64,000 bases of DNA, from NCBI GenBank assembly GCA_964035545.1, contig OZ037771.1:11040480-11104479 (forward strand). The letters run 5' to 3'. The notes under the pieces are model-generated. The model made no database searches. It saw only the letters and a program-made list of their open reading frames with translations, and had not been told where the DNA came from. The position numbers were made by a program, and so were the translations under genes. Of the stretch, positions 1 to 17,272 are shown in pieces; within the stretch, counting starts at the first letter, position 1, and each line of letters opens with the position of its first letter. This stretch comes from Bugula neritina (lineage: Eukaryota > Animalia > Bryozoa).

Positions 1-231
1 GAAACTCTTCACCTACATCACTAAAAATAATAATTAATAATACTTAACAAGAATAAGTGAGTTTAAAAAAAGATAGCTTTAAAAAATAAATTGCTACAAC
101 TATTCAAGCTGTAGCAATGTTGTTTTCTATGGCTCTCAGAAAATCAAAGATTTTACAGTAAGAGAAGCGACAAATAGAAATCTTGCCTTTTACGGCATTT
201 TTAGCTAGTACGCAGTTAGGCCTATATAACA

Positions 232-342
<111 letters not shown>

Positions 343-718
343 ATTGAACCTAAAAGATAAACTTTTTTTGAAGGATTTCACTAGTACTTACACTTTTGCA
401 TAAAAGTCATACAATTTAAAACACATTTTTTAGGTTAAACTATTAATGCTTCTACAAAATTTGCAACATCAAAACAATAATTGCATATTAATTAGACTTT
501 ACAAGCTTGAATAAAAACTGCAATAAAATTTGACATAGTATTTAATATGAAATTTTTCTATGCACTAAAAGCTGTGTATTTAGTCAACATGACAGAAGCA
601 AAGTGAAAATTTGTGAGTGTGCTTTCAATATTTCCATTAGCATCAATATCTTTTATGTCACATTACAAAGAAAAACCTAGTTATTTAAATAAAACTTTTT
701 TTTATTAAAATTCTGCAG

Positions 719-4060
<3,342 letters not shown>

Positions 4061-4997
4061 AAATATTTTCTTATTTTCTCAAACTATCAAAATATCTTTA
4101 CTAACACGTTTTGTCAACTCAATGGGATGTGCACTTCAACTATGTGAATAGCACATTAGCAGCAAAATTATGCTATTTATTTCAATTAGAAAACAATATT
4201 CTGAAGTATAGCAAGCATTATTTCATTATTCAGCAAAAATGACTAGCAAAAACCTAATTATTTTTAGTGCAACAAAGAAAGAAGATGAATGGTGACTATT
4301 TTACTCATATGAATCTGCAGATGCATATATCTACAGCAAATAATCAGTTTTTTATTATCATCATATGCTGTTGTATAACTTTTTTTATAAAAAGTTGTAT
4401 TCTGTTTTAAGTAAAAGATGTTTTTACTGAACAGAAATATTTTTCTTCAATTTTAATATTATAGTACCACCAAATATGTTATTCAGAAGAGATATACAAT
4501 TTTATACTAGAGCTGTTTAGCTCAGTAGACTACTTTCATTTATAAATGAGTAAATGATGATGCGAGGTATTTTATTTTTAGCAAAGTTAAATTTTTGCAA
4601 GTTCTAACTTAAACATCAATATTAGTATTGAGTTTGTTAGCTGACATATTTTAGCTACTGGAAGTAGACATTAACTCAAAAATACTTATTTTAAATTTAA
4701 TAATAGTATTTTGATAAAAACCGGTGATTTGATGAGATCTTTTATAGCTTAACGCCATGTGTTGATTATAGACAATCATTTTCATTGGTATATAAAATAA
4801 ATGTTGAAATGTTATTCTTTATTTTAAAAAAAGTTGTAATTGTTTTGGAAAAACATATAATGTTTTTTTCAAAATGTGATTTTGCTTACTTTTATATTCT
4901 GAAGTTTCAATATATTTTTGCATAGCGTTTCAGTTTATCAGAACAAAGACCCATTAATCTGCTTTTATTTTCTAATAAAACTGTCTTATAACTGTCT

Positions 4998-5050
4998 TAA
5001 ACAAGCAAAGCCATTGCTCAACCACGGCGAGCAATGGCTTTGCTTGTTTA
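4998..5050. repeat. Perfect hairpin with 22-bp arms and a 9-nt loop
   Basis: TAAACAAGCAAAGCCATTGCTC (4998-5019), loop AACCACGGC, GAGCAATGGCTTTGCTTGTTTA (5029-5050). Confidence 0.88.
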
Positions 5051-8040
5051 TTAGTATGACTGGTTATTGGCTTATTGCTATATATAATGCAAAACTGTAA
5101 ATCAACACATATACTAAAAGTAATCAATTTAGGTAAAATTATAGATGTAGAGCTACTAGAGCTCATAAAAAATATTAGTGGCCAGCTAGCAATTCTAAAT
5201 GCAAACACTGCGAAGAGATTGACAACTGGAAGATACTAGCTGCTGTACTACACTAGTAAAGTCAATAAATTCACAGGCACTGAATCATATTTCTGGTTAT
5301 AGTCTGACAGAAAAAGCCAATTTTTGACTTAGATTCATTTTTAAAGTTTTTTTTCTCTTGATTATTCAAATGCAAAGTCTATAAGTAAATGTTTTCAGGT
5401 GGGTGTGGACCTCTTACCCTTGAGCCTTTTGAGAAATCGAAAATGGCTGCAAAGCACCAGAAATATTTTTATAATTCAAATGTACCTACCCATCAGGGCT
5501 AAATTAAAGGGATCTTTAGGAACATACATAATGACAAACCATTGAAGCATGAAATGCCTGTCTCATGTATGATGTCCTGGTGCACAGGTTACAGTAATAA
5601 TAACATACATGTACCACAGTGGCCTTACCATTCTACAACCAATAAATAAATTAACACTAGTTAATCAAAGTTTCATACCTCCACCAGGCTCATATATTTC
5701 ATAGTTTATGATGAAATTGTGTGGGAAAAAAATATGTTCTAGACAATTACACTATTAAACAAAAGAACATGTGTGTTTCTAGTCTTGTAAAGTGCTATAT
5801 GTGAATTATGTTATTCTTGTTATGATAAATCTTTAAAGGTTTATAATGAACATATTTTGATATGATGTGTTTTTAAGTTTTTGCAATGTCAACCTTACTG
5901 GGTAGTATATACAACTTAAGTCCCACTAAGAGAAAATATGAAACTCACAAAGTTCCATATGTCATGTAAAATCTTCTAGCCTCTAGATTTTATATACTTA
6001 ATAACAGCAAATTTTAAATGTAAACATGTTGTAATCCAAGTATATACTTGTACCTCCTGACTGGTGCTCAGGTATGGTAATGAAAGTGGAAAAACATTAT
6101 TAAAGATTTATTATGTGCTAAATTTTCAAAACAATACAAAATACAAAATACAAAAATACACCTATAGCTGAAAATATTGACAAAACCCCAATAGTTTCAT
6201 TGACACCCCTTTAGACAAAACTTTTGGGGCCAAGTCTCTGGCAAAAGTGGATAGAAATTCTGAATATCATCAAGTAGCAGTAGCTCAATATACTCTTGAA
6301 TACTCATCTCATGTTTAACTCTATTTGAAAAGTATTGATACAGCTGCTTACTTTCTCAATCTTATAAGTTCAAGGGGTTATTTTGTTGAATCTTTAACAT
6401 TCCTAAAGAATGTAGGATGATGTGGTGTAGTGAAACTAATTGAAATCATTTTTTTCAGATGCAACTCGATAAATCTCGTAAACTTATAGCCTTCAAGTCA
6501 TAACTCTAATCATCTTGAAATTGGGATTATAGCTCATAGTGTTGAAAACATTAGGACTAGTATCGATATAATTTAAATTCAAAATGTAAATCATAAGACA
6601 CGCATATATAGCAATTGAAACTGACCAAATTCGAAAACCCGATAAACGTCTCATTCCGGGTCGTATTTGGTTAATTCGGACTTTCATCGAAGAGCTCATT
6701 ACACCAAATAAATTGCACCATCATTTACAACTAACCAATAGAAATCAATCCCATATGCGTGAACCCAAGGAAATTCTAAACTAGCTTTTTCTGAGTCAGG
6801 CCTATACATAACCGACCAATATTTACATGAAGATTCTAGTACTGTCCGGCTAAGTGCATTGAATGCATTCAGTACACAGCCGCTTACTAAGTACTCACAA
6901 AAATGATAATTCTATATAGATTATAACTAATGTAGGAGGGATAGCAATACGTATGCTTAAAGTCTACTACAATATTGTTGTAGTTTTACACTGTGAAACT
7001 ATTAAATTGTGGGTTATGCGAGTGTTGTAAAGCTGGAACATACTTTTTGTGCTTTTAAAGAGAAATAATTGGAATGGTAATCTGTGAGAGAAGAACTATG
7101 TTTATAATGCTTTGCATTTACAGTAATATCAAGATAAAAGTCAATAACATTAGTAAAAGCTACACACTAGTAATCACAATAGTAATCCCACTAGCTAAGT
7201 CAATTGGGCTGTAGCGGTCTTCTCATTATATACGCTACAAGCCCATTTACAAACTAACCAATAAACTTAATCCCATTGAAAAATACTGCATACAAGTTAA
7301 CGAATGAAAGTCAATCACACATGTATGATTAAGGAAAGTTTAGAATGTTCTAGATTCATCCGGGACAAGCTGATGCATAACTGTCATTTGGAAGATTGAA
7401 ATTTCCCAGACGGCTATTAGCGTTAGTCATTGTTTTAGAGTGTAGCCATGTGGCACGTAGAGTGCCGTCCTGACTGGCCGCCAAACGTGCAACATTTTAC
7501 CTAGTGCCTCATAGCATGAAGAAATGCCGCAATACAATTTTTCTGATGACTAACGCATAGACGGGGTTCAAAGTACGACAAGGGGAAAAGGGTAACACGA
7601 CATGTTCTGCGGCCATCACAATATATAGAAGCAGTCAGATTTTATAATAGGCTTCTATATGCCAGTTGAGATGCAGATAACTTTTTATGCATAAAAAATT
7701 TCTCCACTATGACCACAATCTAATAAAAAGTGGGAAAAAATAGAGACAACATTTTTATCTACTCTCAAATGACCTTTAATTGGCTCTAATATTGTCATCA
7801 AGCGCACTAACACGCTGCGGGGAAACACACTTACTAAATTGCTTTATTGAAAAGCTAGTATGAAAAAACCTACATGCATACACTGAAACATTCAAACCAT
7901 ATACACCTGACCATAAAATAATAAGTTCAAAATATCAAGGATATAAATGTAAAGTCAAGATTGCATGTGATAACTACCATAATACTAAGAAGCTACTTAA
8001 ATTATTGGCAGAGCATTTCAATAGCTTGCAATGATTTTAT

Positions 8041-8491
8041 TGTAGTGGTTGGGGGAAGTAACCCCTCAGTACCCCCTACTAAACACCTCCAGTACATTAT
8101 CGTGTACTAATGTCTCAAAGACAACAACTCCACTAGTCATTCCACAGTCCTGTGCGGCACTGCATCACTCTCTTTGATGACACCACCAGAACCTTATTTT
8201 AATCAATCAGAAGCAACCCCTCATATATAAACAATGCCTTCTGGTGTCCACGGCAGTCTAGGTGATAGTAGCTAAGTAGATAGGTTAACTTTATGCAACA
8301 GTTACTAGTTATACTCTTTTCTTTTTTTGTAATTATATATGAATTTCTTATTGTCCGTAATTGAAATATTAATGCAGCCCTCTCATTAAACTATCAATTG
8401 GTTTGGTTCTTTACATAACCTCACAGTGGATATGCAGTAATTACTCAAGCACGCAAAAACACCCTCAAGAGTAGTGCACAAAACTACAACA
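8041..8491 (+). repeat. 5' LTR of the Gypsy element (451 bp)
   Basis: TGTAGTGG...AAACTACAACA, followed by the PBS-like GTGGTG. Its 3' ~300 bp recur at ~12364-12677. Confidence 0.85.
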
Positions 8492-11400
8492 GTGGTGATT
8501 AAAGCAGTGAGATAATTGTGAGACAATGCAACTGCTATTTGGACAATAAAAGGGATTATAATGGCTGCACCTAACGACGGAGTCCTCGCCGTGATAGAAG
8601 AACCTGCGCAACCTCTGCAGCAGGATGGAGATGAGCCCGCAGATCATAATGTCTTTGAAAATCTGGTGCCGCGAGGCGAGGAGGCTCACAAGGGGTTATC
8701 TGGCAACAGATACAGCCTGAAAGCCCCCATTGTTTTTACTGACAATGAGGATGTAGAACAGCTTTTCAAGAATTCAGTGATGTAGCAGCTGTCACTCAGT
8801 GGCCCTGTTACAACGGCTGCAGGCGTTGGCAGATAAGGCCAAACCCTATGGTTAGGGCCCAATGTCAGCAGCATCTTTACTGCACTACGGGCTCAATTTG
8901 GCCTCTCTCCTGTAGACACCCGAGTTCACTTGCAAGAGTTAAGATGCAACCCGCGCACTTCCCTGCAAGAACATGCCGCCACGGTTAAACAACTGGCGCA
9001 GATAGCCCAAGGCAATCTGTCACCACGGAAACGGAAACGGTATACCTTCGATGCCTTTGTGAAGTCACTCACCAACCTCAGGCTCCATCACCAGCTTCTG
9101 GTGACAGGGCCCCAGATAGTGGAAGACGCAATTAGAGAGGGCGAAGCTTACTTGCTGGCAGCCAAACTACACAAGAGTCGCGCGGGGTTCCGTCAGGTCG
9201 AAGCGGAGTTGGCAACTACTACCAAACAAAACTGAGACGGCGACCCTGATGGCTGTCGCCGCCACCAGATCTCCAACATCCTCCAAAGTCGCCCAGGTGA
9301 CTGATATGATAGAAGCTGGTAAAGGCGGTCACTCAATCCCCAGGGGTGAGACCTACTCAAAGACCCTTGAGGTGGGAAGTGAAGCCGTCGAGGGGTCGGA
9401 CTACTACCTGTTGGGAGTATGGTAGTTGCGGGCACTTCTGCAAGAAGTGTCCTTTGATGTGGAAGCAGTTCGTACAAACTCGATGGACGCCCCTGCTCAA
9501 GTAGCAAGTGCCAAAAAGGACAGGCAAGCCGTATGTCCAGCCTGCTACTCTCACTGTGCCGCTCCAAAACCGCTTCGGCAGGTCGTGAGAACCAGAGTTT
9601 GGAGACGAAGAAAGGCAGGGCCTGTAGTTTGGCAGGGTGCCTCGGCCACCTCGAGATCCTTTCTGCAGCCGTCGAACGCAGGCCCAGCCTAAGTTCCAAG
9701 GCAGAGAGGTGTCTCCTGCAAAGACTGAGCGCACTAGGAGAGTACAAGGACAACCCTATGGTGGATTCCGTTGGATTCTGTTGAATTCAGGGTAAATTAC
9801 TAAGCTCTTAGAGCGCCGGCTCTTTGACACCCTCAGCACTGGAGACCAGGCTAGCCTGGAGCCATGCAAAGGGGAAGATGGCACGTTGGCGGACGAGTCA
9901 TTCATTCTCTTTTATGGCATAATTGAACTGACTTGCAGTCAGTGATCAAGCTATCCAAGAGAGGTTTATCGTCAGTCAGCTCAAAGAGGATGCTATCTTT
10001 GGGAAGCCATTCTTGACGCGACACAAATGCCATATTGACTTTAGCAAGTCGGCGGTGGTTATGGCTGAGTGAGGGCTTGCTTGTGTCAACAAGTTTAGCC
10101 GTCCGCTTGTGGGGGGCGTACAGGTAGTGCGGGGCTGTACGATAATTTAACGTTCTCGTGCCACCATTTACTGCAGGCTGACATGTCGGCGGATCTCCAG
10201 GCTGGGAGTGGTGGAGGGCGCTCATGAAAAGACCCAACTTGCCAACAGCTTGAATCAGCTGGACATGTGGGGAGAGATCTTATTGCAATGTGTCAATACT
10301 TTCACGGAGCTGGTGGAGCTATAGGCTGGGTTCCTAGTGGGCCGGTTTTACTCTATCCAGAAAGGAGATGCGGGGCGGTTGTTGGGCAAGACAACGGAAC
10401 ACCCCAAGTGGCCCCTTATGGAAGCTCAGGGACCGGTCCCGAGTCACGTCAGGGACTTGTACGAAAGAGCCTGCTAGGGCTGCGCAAGTGATTCTGAACG
10501 TCTGGCAATGGCGCGGATACTTCGTCAGTACAAGGACGTGTCTAGCAGAGGGAACCATGACGTGAGTCTGACTAAGGTTGTCCATCATAAGATTCTCCTG
10601 GCTGCGGGAACACTGCTGATGCGGCAATCTACTTGTAGGTTGGGGCCGGAGAAAGAGAAGGAAGAAAATCGACAAGTCTGCTACCTTCTGGACCGCAGCC
10701 TCATAGAGCCAGTACATAGTGCGTAGAGCTCGCAGGTTGTTTTGGTCTAGAAAAAGGACGGGAGTTGGGAGTTCTTGTAGATTACTGCAAATTCAATACC
10801 GTGACCATACAGGACACATACCCCTTTCCCCACATTAATGAGTCGCTGGATGCCCTGGCTGGTAGCAAGTACTTCAGCACGCTGGACTTGCTTAGCGGGT
10901 ACTGGCAAGTTCCTATTAGTTCTGACACCCAGAACAAAGCTGCAATTATAACGTGGAACAGGCTCTGGAAATAGAACGTGTTGCTATTTGGGTTGACCTC
11001 CACCCTGGCTACCTTCCAGAGACTCATGGAGCAGATCCTCAGTGGCCTCTACTGAAAGACTTAGCTCATCTACCTTGATGACGTCATCATTATCTCCCCG
11101 GACTTCGCGACTCACGTCAACCGTCTGCAAGAGGTTTTTAATCGACTTAGAGGTGCCGGTCTGAAGCTGAAATTTTTCAAGGGCGCTCTGTTATAACCGG
11201 AGGTTAAGTACATGGGTCATGTCGTGGGCCATAATGATGTTGCAACTGATCTTGACAAGGAACGTGCAGTGGAGGACTGGGTTACTCTCCAGGACTTAAC
11301 TGGGCTGCGGGCTTTCCCGGGACTAGTAGGGTCATATCAGCAGTACATACCTGACTTTGCGGAGATAGCGCAGCCATTGAACCCGCTCACTGCAAAGGGG

Positions 11401-12363
11401 GTCCAATGGCAGCGGACCCGGACTAAACAGATAGCAGTCCCCTGCCTTAAGGGTTGCTTGATAAAAGTGTCAGTCTTGGCCTACCCTGATCGCACACGGA
11501 AATACATCACAGGTCCAGGATGGCCGCGAGGTAGTCGTTGCTTATTGCAGTAAAGCTTTTTCTGCCGCCGCCGAGAAGAATTACTGCACCAGCAAGAAGA
11601 AGCTCTTGGCAGTACTCAAGGTGGTGAAACATTTCTGTCGTTATCTCTATGGCAGGATGTTCCAGCTGCAAACTCGACATACCTCATTGATTTGGTTGTG
11701 CACGATAGCTCGAAATCCTGGCCGAGTTTCCCTACCGAATCGCACATCGACCCAGAAGGAAACACAGCAATGCGGACAGGCAATGCGGATGGCCTAAGCC
11801 AGCAACCACGCAGAGGGTGCAAGCAGTGTCTCAACATTGAGAAGAGGGACGGAGCCCCCTCACGCTCTGATGTGAAAGCTCAGCCTGGGTACGGGGGCAA
11901 GTACAGCTGGAAGCATGGTCAACTGGTGTCTGACAATTCTTCTGATGCTGTGCGTGCCGTTCGCACCAACCCCGTCTTGACTGATAATGTCACTGAGCTA
12001 CAGAAACTCTAGGAAACTTTGCCTGGAGTAGTGGCTAAAGTTTATTGGGCAAAGAAGAAAGGATGGCGACCCAGTGAGGAGGAGCAGCAGCAGAGGTGTT
12101 CTGAGTTTTAGATGTTCTGCTGTCGCTGGGACTTCCTGCAGATCAACCCGGATGGGCTCCTGACCATCACGTTGGCTGCCACCAACAGACACCTGGAGCG
12201 GCAGCGAGTGGTCTGTCCTTTTGTCATTTGTCAGGAGTAAATTGGTAACACACGCAAGCAGGCTCACACATGAGTCCAGCGTGTGTTCACGAAGTTTCAA
12301 CTCCAATGGTATTGGCCGAAGATGGAGCATGGCGTGCAGCTTAAAGTGAAACAGTGTGAGATC

Positions 12364-12677
12364 TGGTGACATTGCCGGAACCTTATCTTAACCAATCAAG
12401 AGCAACCTCTCATATATGAACAATGCCTTCCAATGCCAACAGCAGTCTAGGTGATAGTAGTTAAGTAGATAAGTTAACTTTGTGCAACAGTTACTAATTA
12501 TACTCTTTTCTCTTTTTTAATTATATATGATTTTTAATTGTGCGTAATTGAAATACTAATACACTTCTCTCATTAAACAATGAATAGGTTTGGTTCTGTA
12601 CATAACCTCACAGTGGATACACAGTAATTACCGAGCTTGCAATAACACTTTCAAGAGTAATACAAAAAACTACAACA
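12364..12677 (+). repeat. 3' LTR remnant of the Gypsy element (first ~135 bp missing)
   Basis: Aligns by eye to ~8175-8491 at roughly 85% identity and ends in CTACAACA. Confidence 0.85.
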
Positions 12678-13249
12678 TTATTATATATCTGTTGTATTTC
12701 ACATAAGCATAATGTTCAAAAAGATTTATATAAGTTTTTCTATCTATTTTAAAATGAAGCAAGAAAACAGAAAACATAAAAAGCGAGTTGTACCACCAGC
12801 CCATTCTTCACATTTTATTTTTTTAAAAAGGTAAAAATTTGTAGCAGCTCCAACTTATTAGGTGCAGAAAGTTGGTGAGTTTTCGACTGATCAAGCCAAA
12901 TACTTTAGGCAAATATTATCATACTCAAAGTATAAACCATGATTGCTGAATATAATTAAGGTTGTTATGGCCACTAGCAGTAGAGTTGTTGAAAGTTATC
13001 ATATTAATGTTGTAGAAGAAAATTCTTGCAGACATAAAATATTTATCAATATCTTTTTATTAAACGCATTGTTTTTCAATTTTTCCCCACAAAATAAAAA
13101 ACTCAAGTGAAAGCCACATCACTCAACTGCTTAATATTCAGATTTTACCTTGTTTTACCTTAGGGTTTGCTGTTTTGTCTCATAGGCTGAATGCTTTAAC
13201 TCTACAAGAGGACTTTTGGGATCATAAAATGAATTGCTTACTACTTTCT

Positions 13250-13253
13250 TATA

Positions 13254-13330
<77 letters not shown>
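13250..13330. repeat. (TA)n(TG)n microsatellite
   Basis: Directly visible in the sequence. Confidence 0.95.
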
Positions 13331-14981
13331 TTTTCTACACACATGTTATGGATAAATTTATTTCAATTTGAGTTCATACTCAAGCCTTTATTATGCCCTT
13401 CTCTGATTGGTTTGACTGTATACATGCTACTATATAAAAATACAGGCATCCTGTTGAGCATTTAGTTTGAGCTTACAACTACATCAGTGCAAGATTACAA
13501 AGGTAAGTTTGTCTACTGCTGCTATGTAGTTATATACTGGAAGCCTTGTGTGATAATAATATTATGTAATCAATTATGTTTACTATACTGATCTTTTATT
13601 TTCAGTATAGAAGCCTCCTATAACATGAATACAAATCTTTGCATTATATAGTTTATATAAGTCATGTAACTCCAGTACTGTTGATGCAAAATATTTTTAT
13701 AACAGATCTCAGTGTATAATTCTAGTTTAATTTTTACATTTGTGCATTATGAACAATAGCTAAACATAAAGAATTGCAGGAATAAACATTTACTTGAAAA
13801 ACATTACAATGTTTAGATGAAGATTTGTCTGCATGCCATAACGCTGCATGACTTGAAGTAATGGTGATTACCTTAATGTAACTTGCTTTTGCTACAAAAT
13901 TGTTCATGCTTTAGTTACTGACATGTATGCAGGAAACATGTTTTTTTACCAACTAATACAGATGATTTGAGTTTATTTAGTAGGATGGTTAGAAAAAAAA
14001 ACAAAATTTAGTTGTTTTCTCAAGAACTAGAATAATAATTGTGTTAAATATATAATGAAAGAGGATGTATGCCAAATTTAATTGAAAAAGCCTGTTCTTT
14101 ATAAAAAAAATACCTTATTACTGAATACTGATAAGTCTTGGCAAAACTTAAAACTACCAAGCTTGACAGATTCAAAAATTGTTAGAAATAGGGATTGAGC
14201 AAAGTTGCAAATTAAGACACTAGTTATAGACATGAATCATTATTCTAAAGTCCTCTATATTTTTCTTAAAATTATTTGTGTTCGATATTTACAATCTTTA
14301 CAAATTTTACGAAAGTCACATGTAGCTAAATTTAAATAGGTTAAACTCCAATTTTTAAAATTGATTAAGGTTTTGATTTTTGAGACACATGTTTAATTGG
14401 GATAGATATTTGTTTAAGTGCCGTACACGTATATCACATTTTATTAAATCTAGAATACCAAAAAATATAAGCAATATGCACTTTTAAATTACTAAATTCT
14501 ATTTATGCCTATTAATACAGATATTTCTTGAATTCATTAAGCTGTTATAATTACATAATTAGGCTCACCAGACTAATTATGTATTAAAGTATGTTCAACA
14601 CTAAAAATATATTTATTACCATTATTAAATAGCTGATTAATTTGGAAGTTGAACTTCCTAGTAATATTTAAGTAATATTTTTTGCTTAAGTAGTTTGTAC
14701 TGTATTTTGAAGGGCATATGTATATAACACATGTAACAACGTGCACTTTAGGATAATAAACTTTATCAAGATTAATAATATCTTTATAATACTCACTTAA
14801 GTCTCAAATGTAATCTTAAATGGACTGCCATTGCTTAACTTTATTTGGGTGCTGTTAAATGTATTGAGTTGACAATATTGATAATTAATATTATAACAAG
14901 CAGTTTTCTTTATAGCCTATGTGACTTATATATCGTGATGCAACACTTGAATAAAGTTAGGCAATGTGGCAGTTCAAAAAT

Positions 14982-15454
14982 AGTTTGACACCTTTATCAG
15001 CTTTTACGACATGATTGTGACTGATATAAAACAAAATAATAAGCAGCATATTTTGAATTGTTGATAACTAGAATTTCATGTGAGCATTTTTCTATTTATA
15101 TCCTATATATAGGCTATTAGAAAAATACCCACATAACATCTTAGTTATCAACAATTCAAGATATCATGCTACTTATTATTTTGTTATATATCAGTTACAA
15201 TCAGTTTGACACCTTTATCAGCTTTTGCGACATGATTGTGACTGATATATAACAAAATAATAAGTAGCATGATATCTTGAATTGTTGATAACTAAGATGT
15301 TATGTGGGTATTTTTCTAATGGCCTATATATAGGATATAAATAGAAAAATGCTCACATGAAATTCTAGTTATCAGCAATTCAAGATATGCTGCTTATTAT
15401 TTTGTTTTATATCAGTCACAATCATGTCGTAAAAGTTGATAAAGGTGTCAAGCT
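14982..15454. mobile_element. Inverted dimer of a long-TIR MITE (units 14982-15202 and 15203-15454)
   Basis: Both units begin AGTTTGACACCTTTATCAGCTTTT and each has its own long inverted ends. Unit 2 is the reverse complement of unit 1 and ends TGATAAAGGTGTCAAGCT. Unit 1 lacks the last ~30 bp of its right end. Confidence 0.75.
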
Positions 15455-15826
15455 GTGCTTGCAACACCATGTTTGAAGAAATTTTAAGATAGTGCAATAA
15501 AAGTTAGGTAATTTTTCTATGTAGTTAATGTATCTGTGTCTCAAGGCCAAAACAAGTTTCGACAGGGTTTCTAAGTATTTGATTTCATACAACTTTATTA
15601 ATCATTTATTTCTCCTTTTGTTAACCATTTGTTAACTCATTGTTAATCTATTATTAGCCGGTAAAAACTGTAAAAACAAAACATAAGATGTATACAACAG
15701 AACCATCACTAAAGTAACTTTAACAAATACATAAAAAATCTAAATATTGCAACATTTCAAAGTAATTATTATACTATAAGAAAGATAAGATTTACATTAG
15801 CAGTAAAATATACATGACAACAACTA

Positions 15827-17110
15827 GGGGTAAGGGGGCACAACGGTCATAGGGGTACAAAAAGCCGGCCAAATTGCGAGAGAACTTATTGACTTGGAGT
15901 TGTGATATTTTTTTTCATAAAAAGATATTAACATAATTATTTAGCCTTTGTAGTTTCAACACTTGCAGAACATACGTGTTGAAAAAGCAAGTAAAAAACT
16001 TTTTTTACCTAATTTTTGCAAACTTTTTAAGATGTTGTTAAAGCTTTATAACTTTTTACACTCAAAGACAAGAAGCCTATATGTTGCTAATATTATTGCT
16101 ATTGCTTGTCTCTACATTGTTAAACTAGTAAAAAACTCTAAAATAAACTTTTCTTGAGGCACGTTTATTTTCAATTTGGCCGCACACGGGCACATTGGGT
16201 CACCTGATTAATTATTGCAGCCTGATCACTTTTATTAGTTTGTTTTCCCAAAAATGTTGTTGAAATGTTACTAAAATTTATAGATATAGCCATTTTTGAC
16301 CTTTTTGTAAAATATCAAAGACATCATGGTAAGACTACAAAATTACAAGTTGAAGCTCCCCTAATATATACATTTGGTGAGGTTAAAGCTTTGCCATTTT
16401 ATACATAATACAAAACACTCTGCTGTTGCTACTAGTAGATAGTCATGATATTTATTACACATTATATCATTGAGGAAATATTTATGTATTTTACTAAAAT
16501 AAATTGTGATTAGCTCATTTGCTCCCCCCTCTGCTTTCAGTACTCCAGTAACAAACCTCAGCCATGCACCTAAGCTACAGTTCATAGAAAAAACCCAATC
16601 GGAATTTTGTAGTACATGTTACTAAAGTTTTTTTTTGATAAAAGTTCCTCTGAAGTAAAAATAAAAGAAATTTTTTATTTCTAAACAGTAATGATAATGG
16701 CACTGTAGAATCGAGTGATGTGCGTTTGATTTTGCCTTCCTCTGCTATCCGTAGTGGCGCAAACTGTACAGCTAAAACATGATTTTTGCTGTAGACCTGA
16801 AAGAGCATTTTTTTGTAATATTAAATAAATAAAGATTAGATGTAACAGAATACGTAAATTTTCAATATATTTGTTGTGTCCCACCTAGTGGCCAATTGTA
16901 CCCCGGTACCGGGGCACAGTGGGCCAATTTTTTCGTCATGAAAGTTTCATCATTCTGAAAGTTGTGAGAGATAGATACAATAAACTGGTACCTGTAATAG
17001 ACAACAGATGCAGCATTAAGACTAGAGGTTATTGAACTAGTAACTTGAAAAGCGGACGAATGAGAGCAACAAATTCAAAATTCGGCCCGTTGTGCCCCCC
17101 CTTCCCCCCT
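15827..17110 (+). mobile_element. Non-autonomous Tc1/mariner-superfamily (pogo-like) DNA transposon remnant
   Basis: Left end TA|GGGGTAAGGGGGCACAACGG and right end CCGTTGTGCCCCCCCTTCCCC form an inverted pair. Related internal motifs occur at ~16187 (GGGCACATTGGGTC) and ~16890-16927. A degraded peptide FLFLNSNDNGTVESSDVRLILPS (~16672-16745) resembles C-termini of pogo-like transposases. The family assignment is an inference. Confidence 0.6.
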
Positions 17111-17233
17111 CATTACCCTTAATGTAAACATACCTCTGTTCTCACACTATGAGATGTCTATAACTAAATCATTCTTCAAATTGACTATACATATATTTTA
17201 TTCTTTAACTGATTTGCTTGCATAAGTACGTAG

Positions 17234-17272
17234 CGTGATGCCATTACGTGATTCCATTACGTGATGCCATTA
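17234..17272. repeat. 13-bp tandem repeat, three copies (CGTGATGCCATTA)
   Basis: cgtgatgccatta cgtgattccatta cgtgatgccatta. Confidence 0.85.

Larger units (their letters stand above)
8041..12677 (+). mobile_element. Decayed Ty3/Gypsy LTR retrotransposon with a deletion from the integrase core into the 3' LTR
   Basis: Termini are TG...CA with TTAT on both flanks (8037-8040 and 12678-12681). The interior is GC-rich relative to the flanks. Motifs: gag-like ORF pieces, degenerate Zn knuckle CWEYGSCGHFCKKC (~9409), RT motifs DTYPFPHI, FSTLDLLSGYWQV and YLDDV (11071-11085), RNase H NYCTSKKKLLAV and NADGLS, integrase zinc finger WYWPKM...KQCEI (~12306-12365). Many stops and frameshifts. Confidence 0.92.

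Noticed and set aside
8492-8515. Assignment of the primer binding site to a specific tRNA
   Set aside because: GTGGTGATTAAAGCAGTGAGAT only loosely resembles a tRNA-Leu-type PBS and is too degenerate to call.
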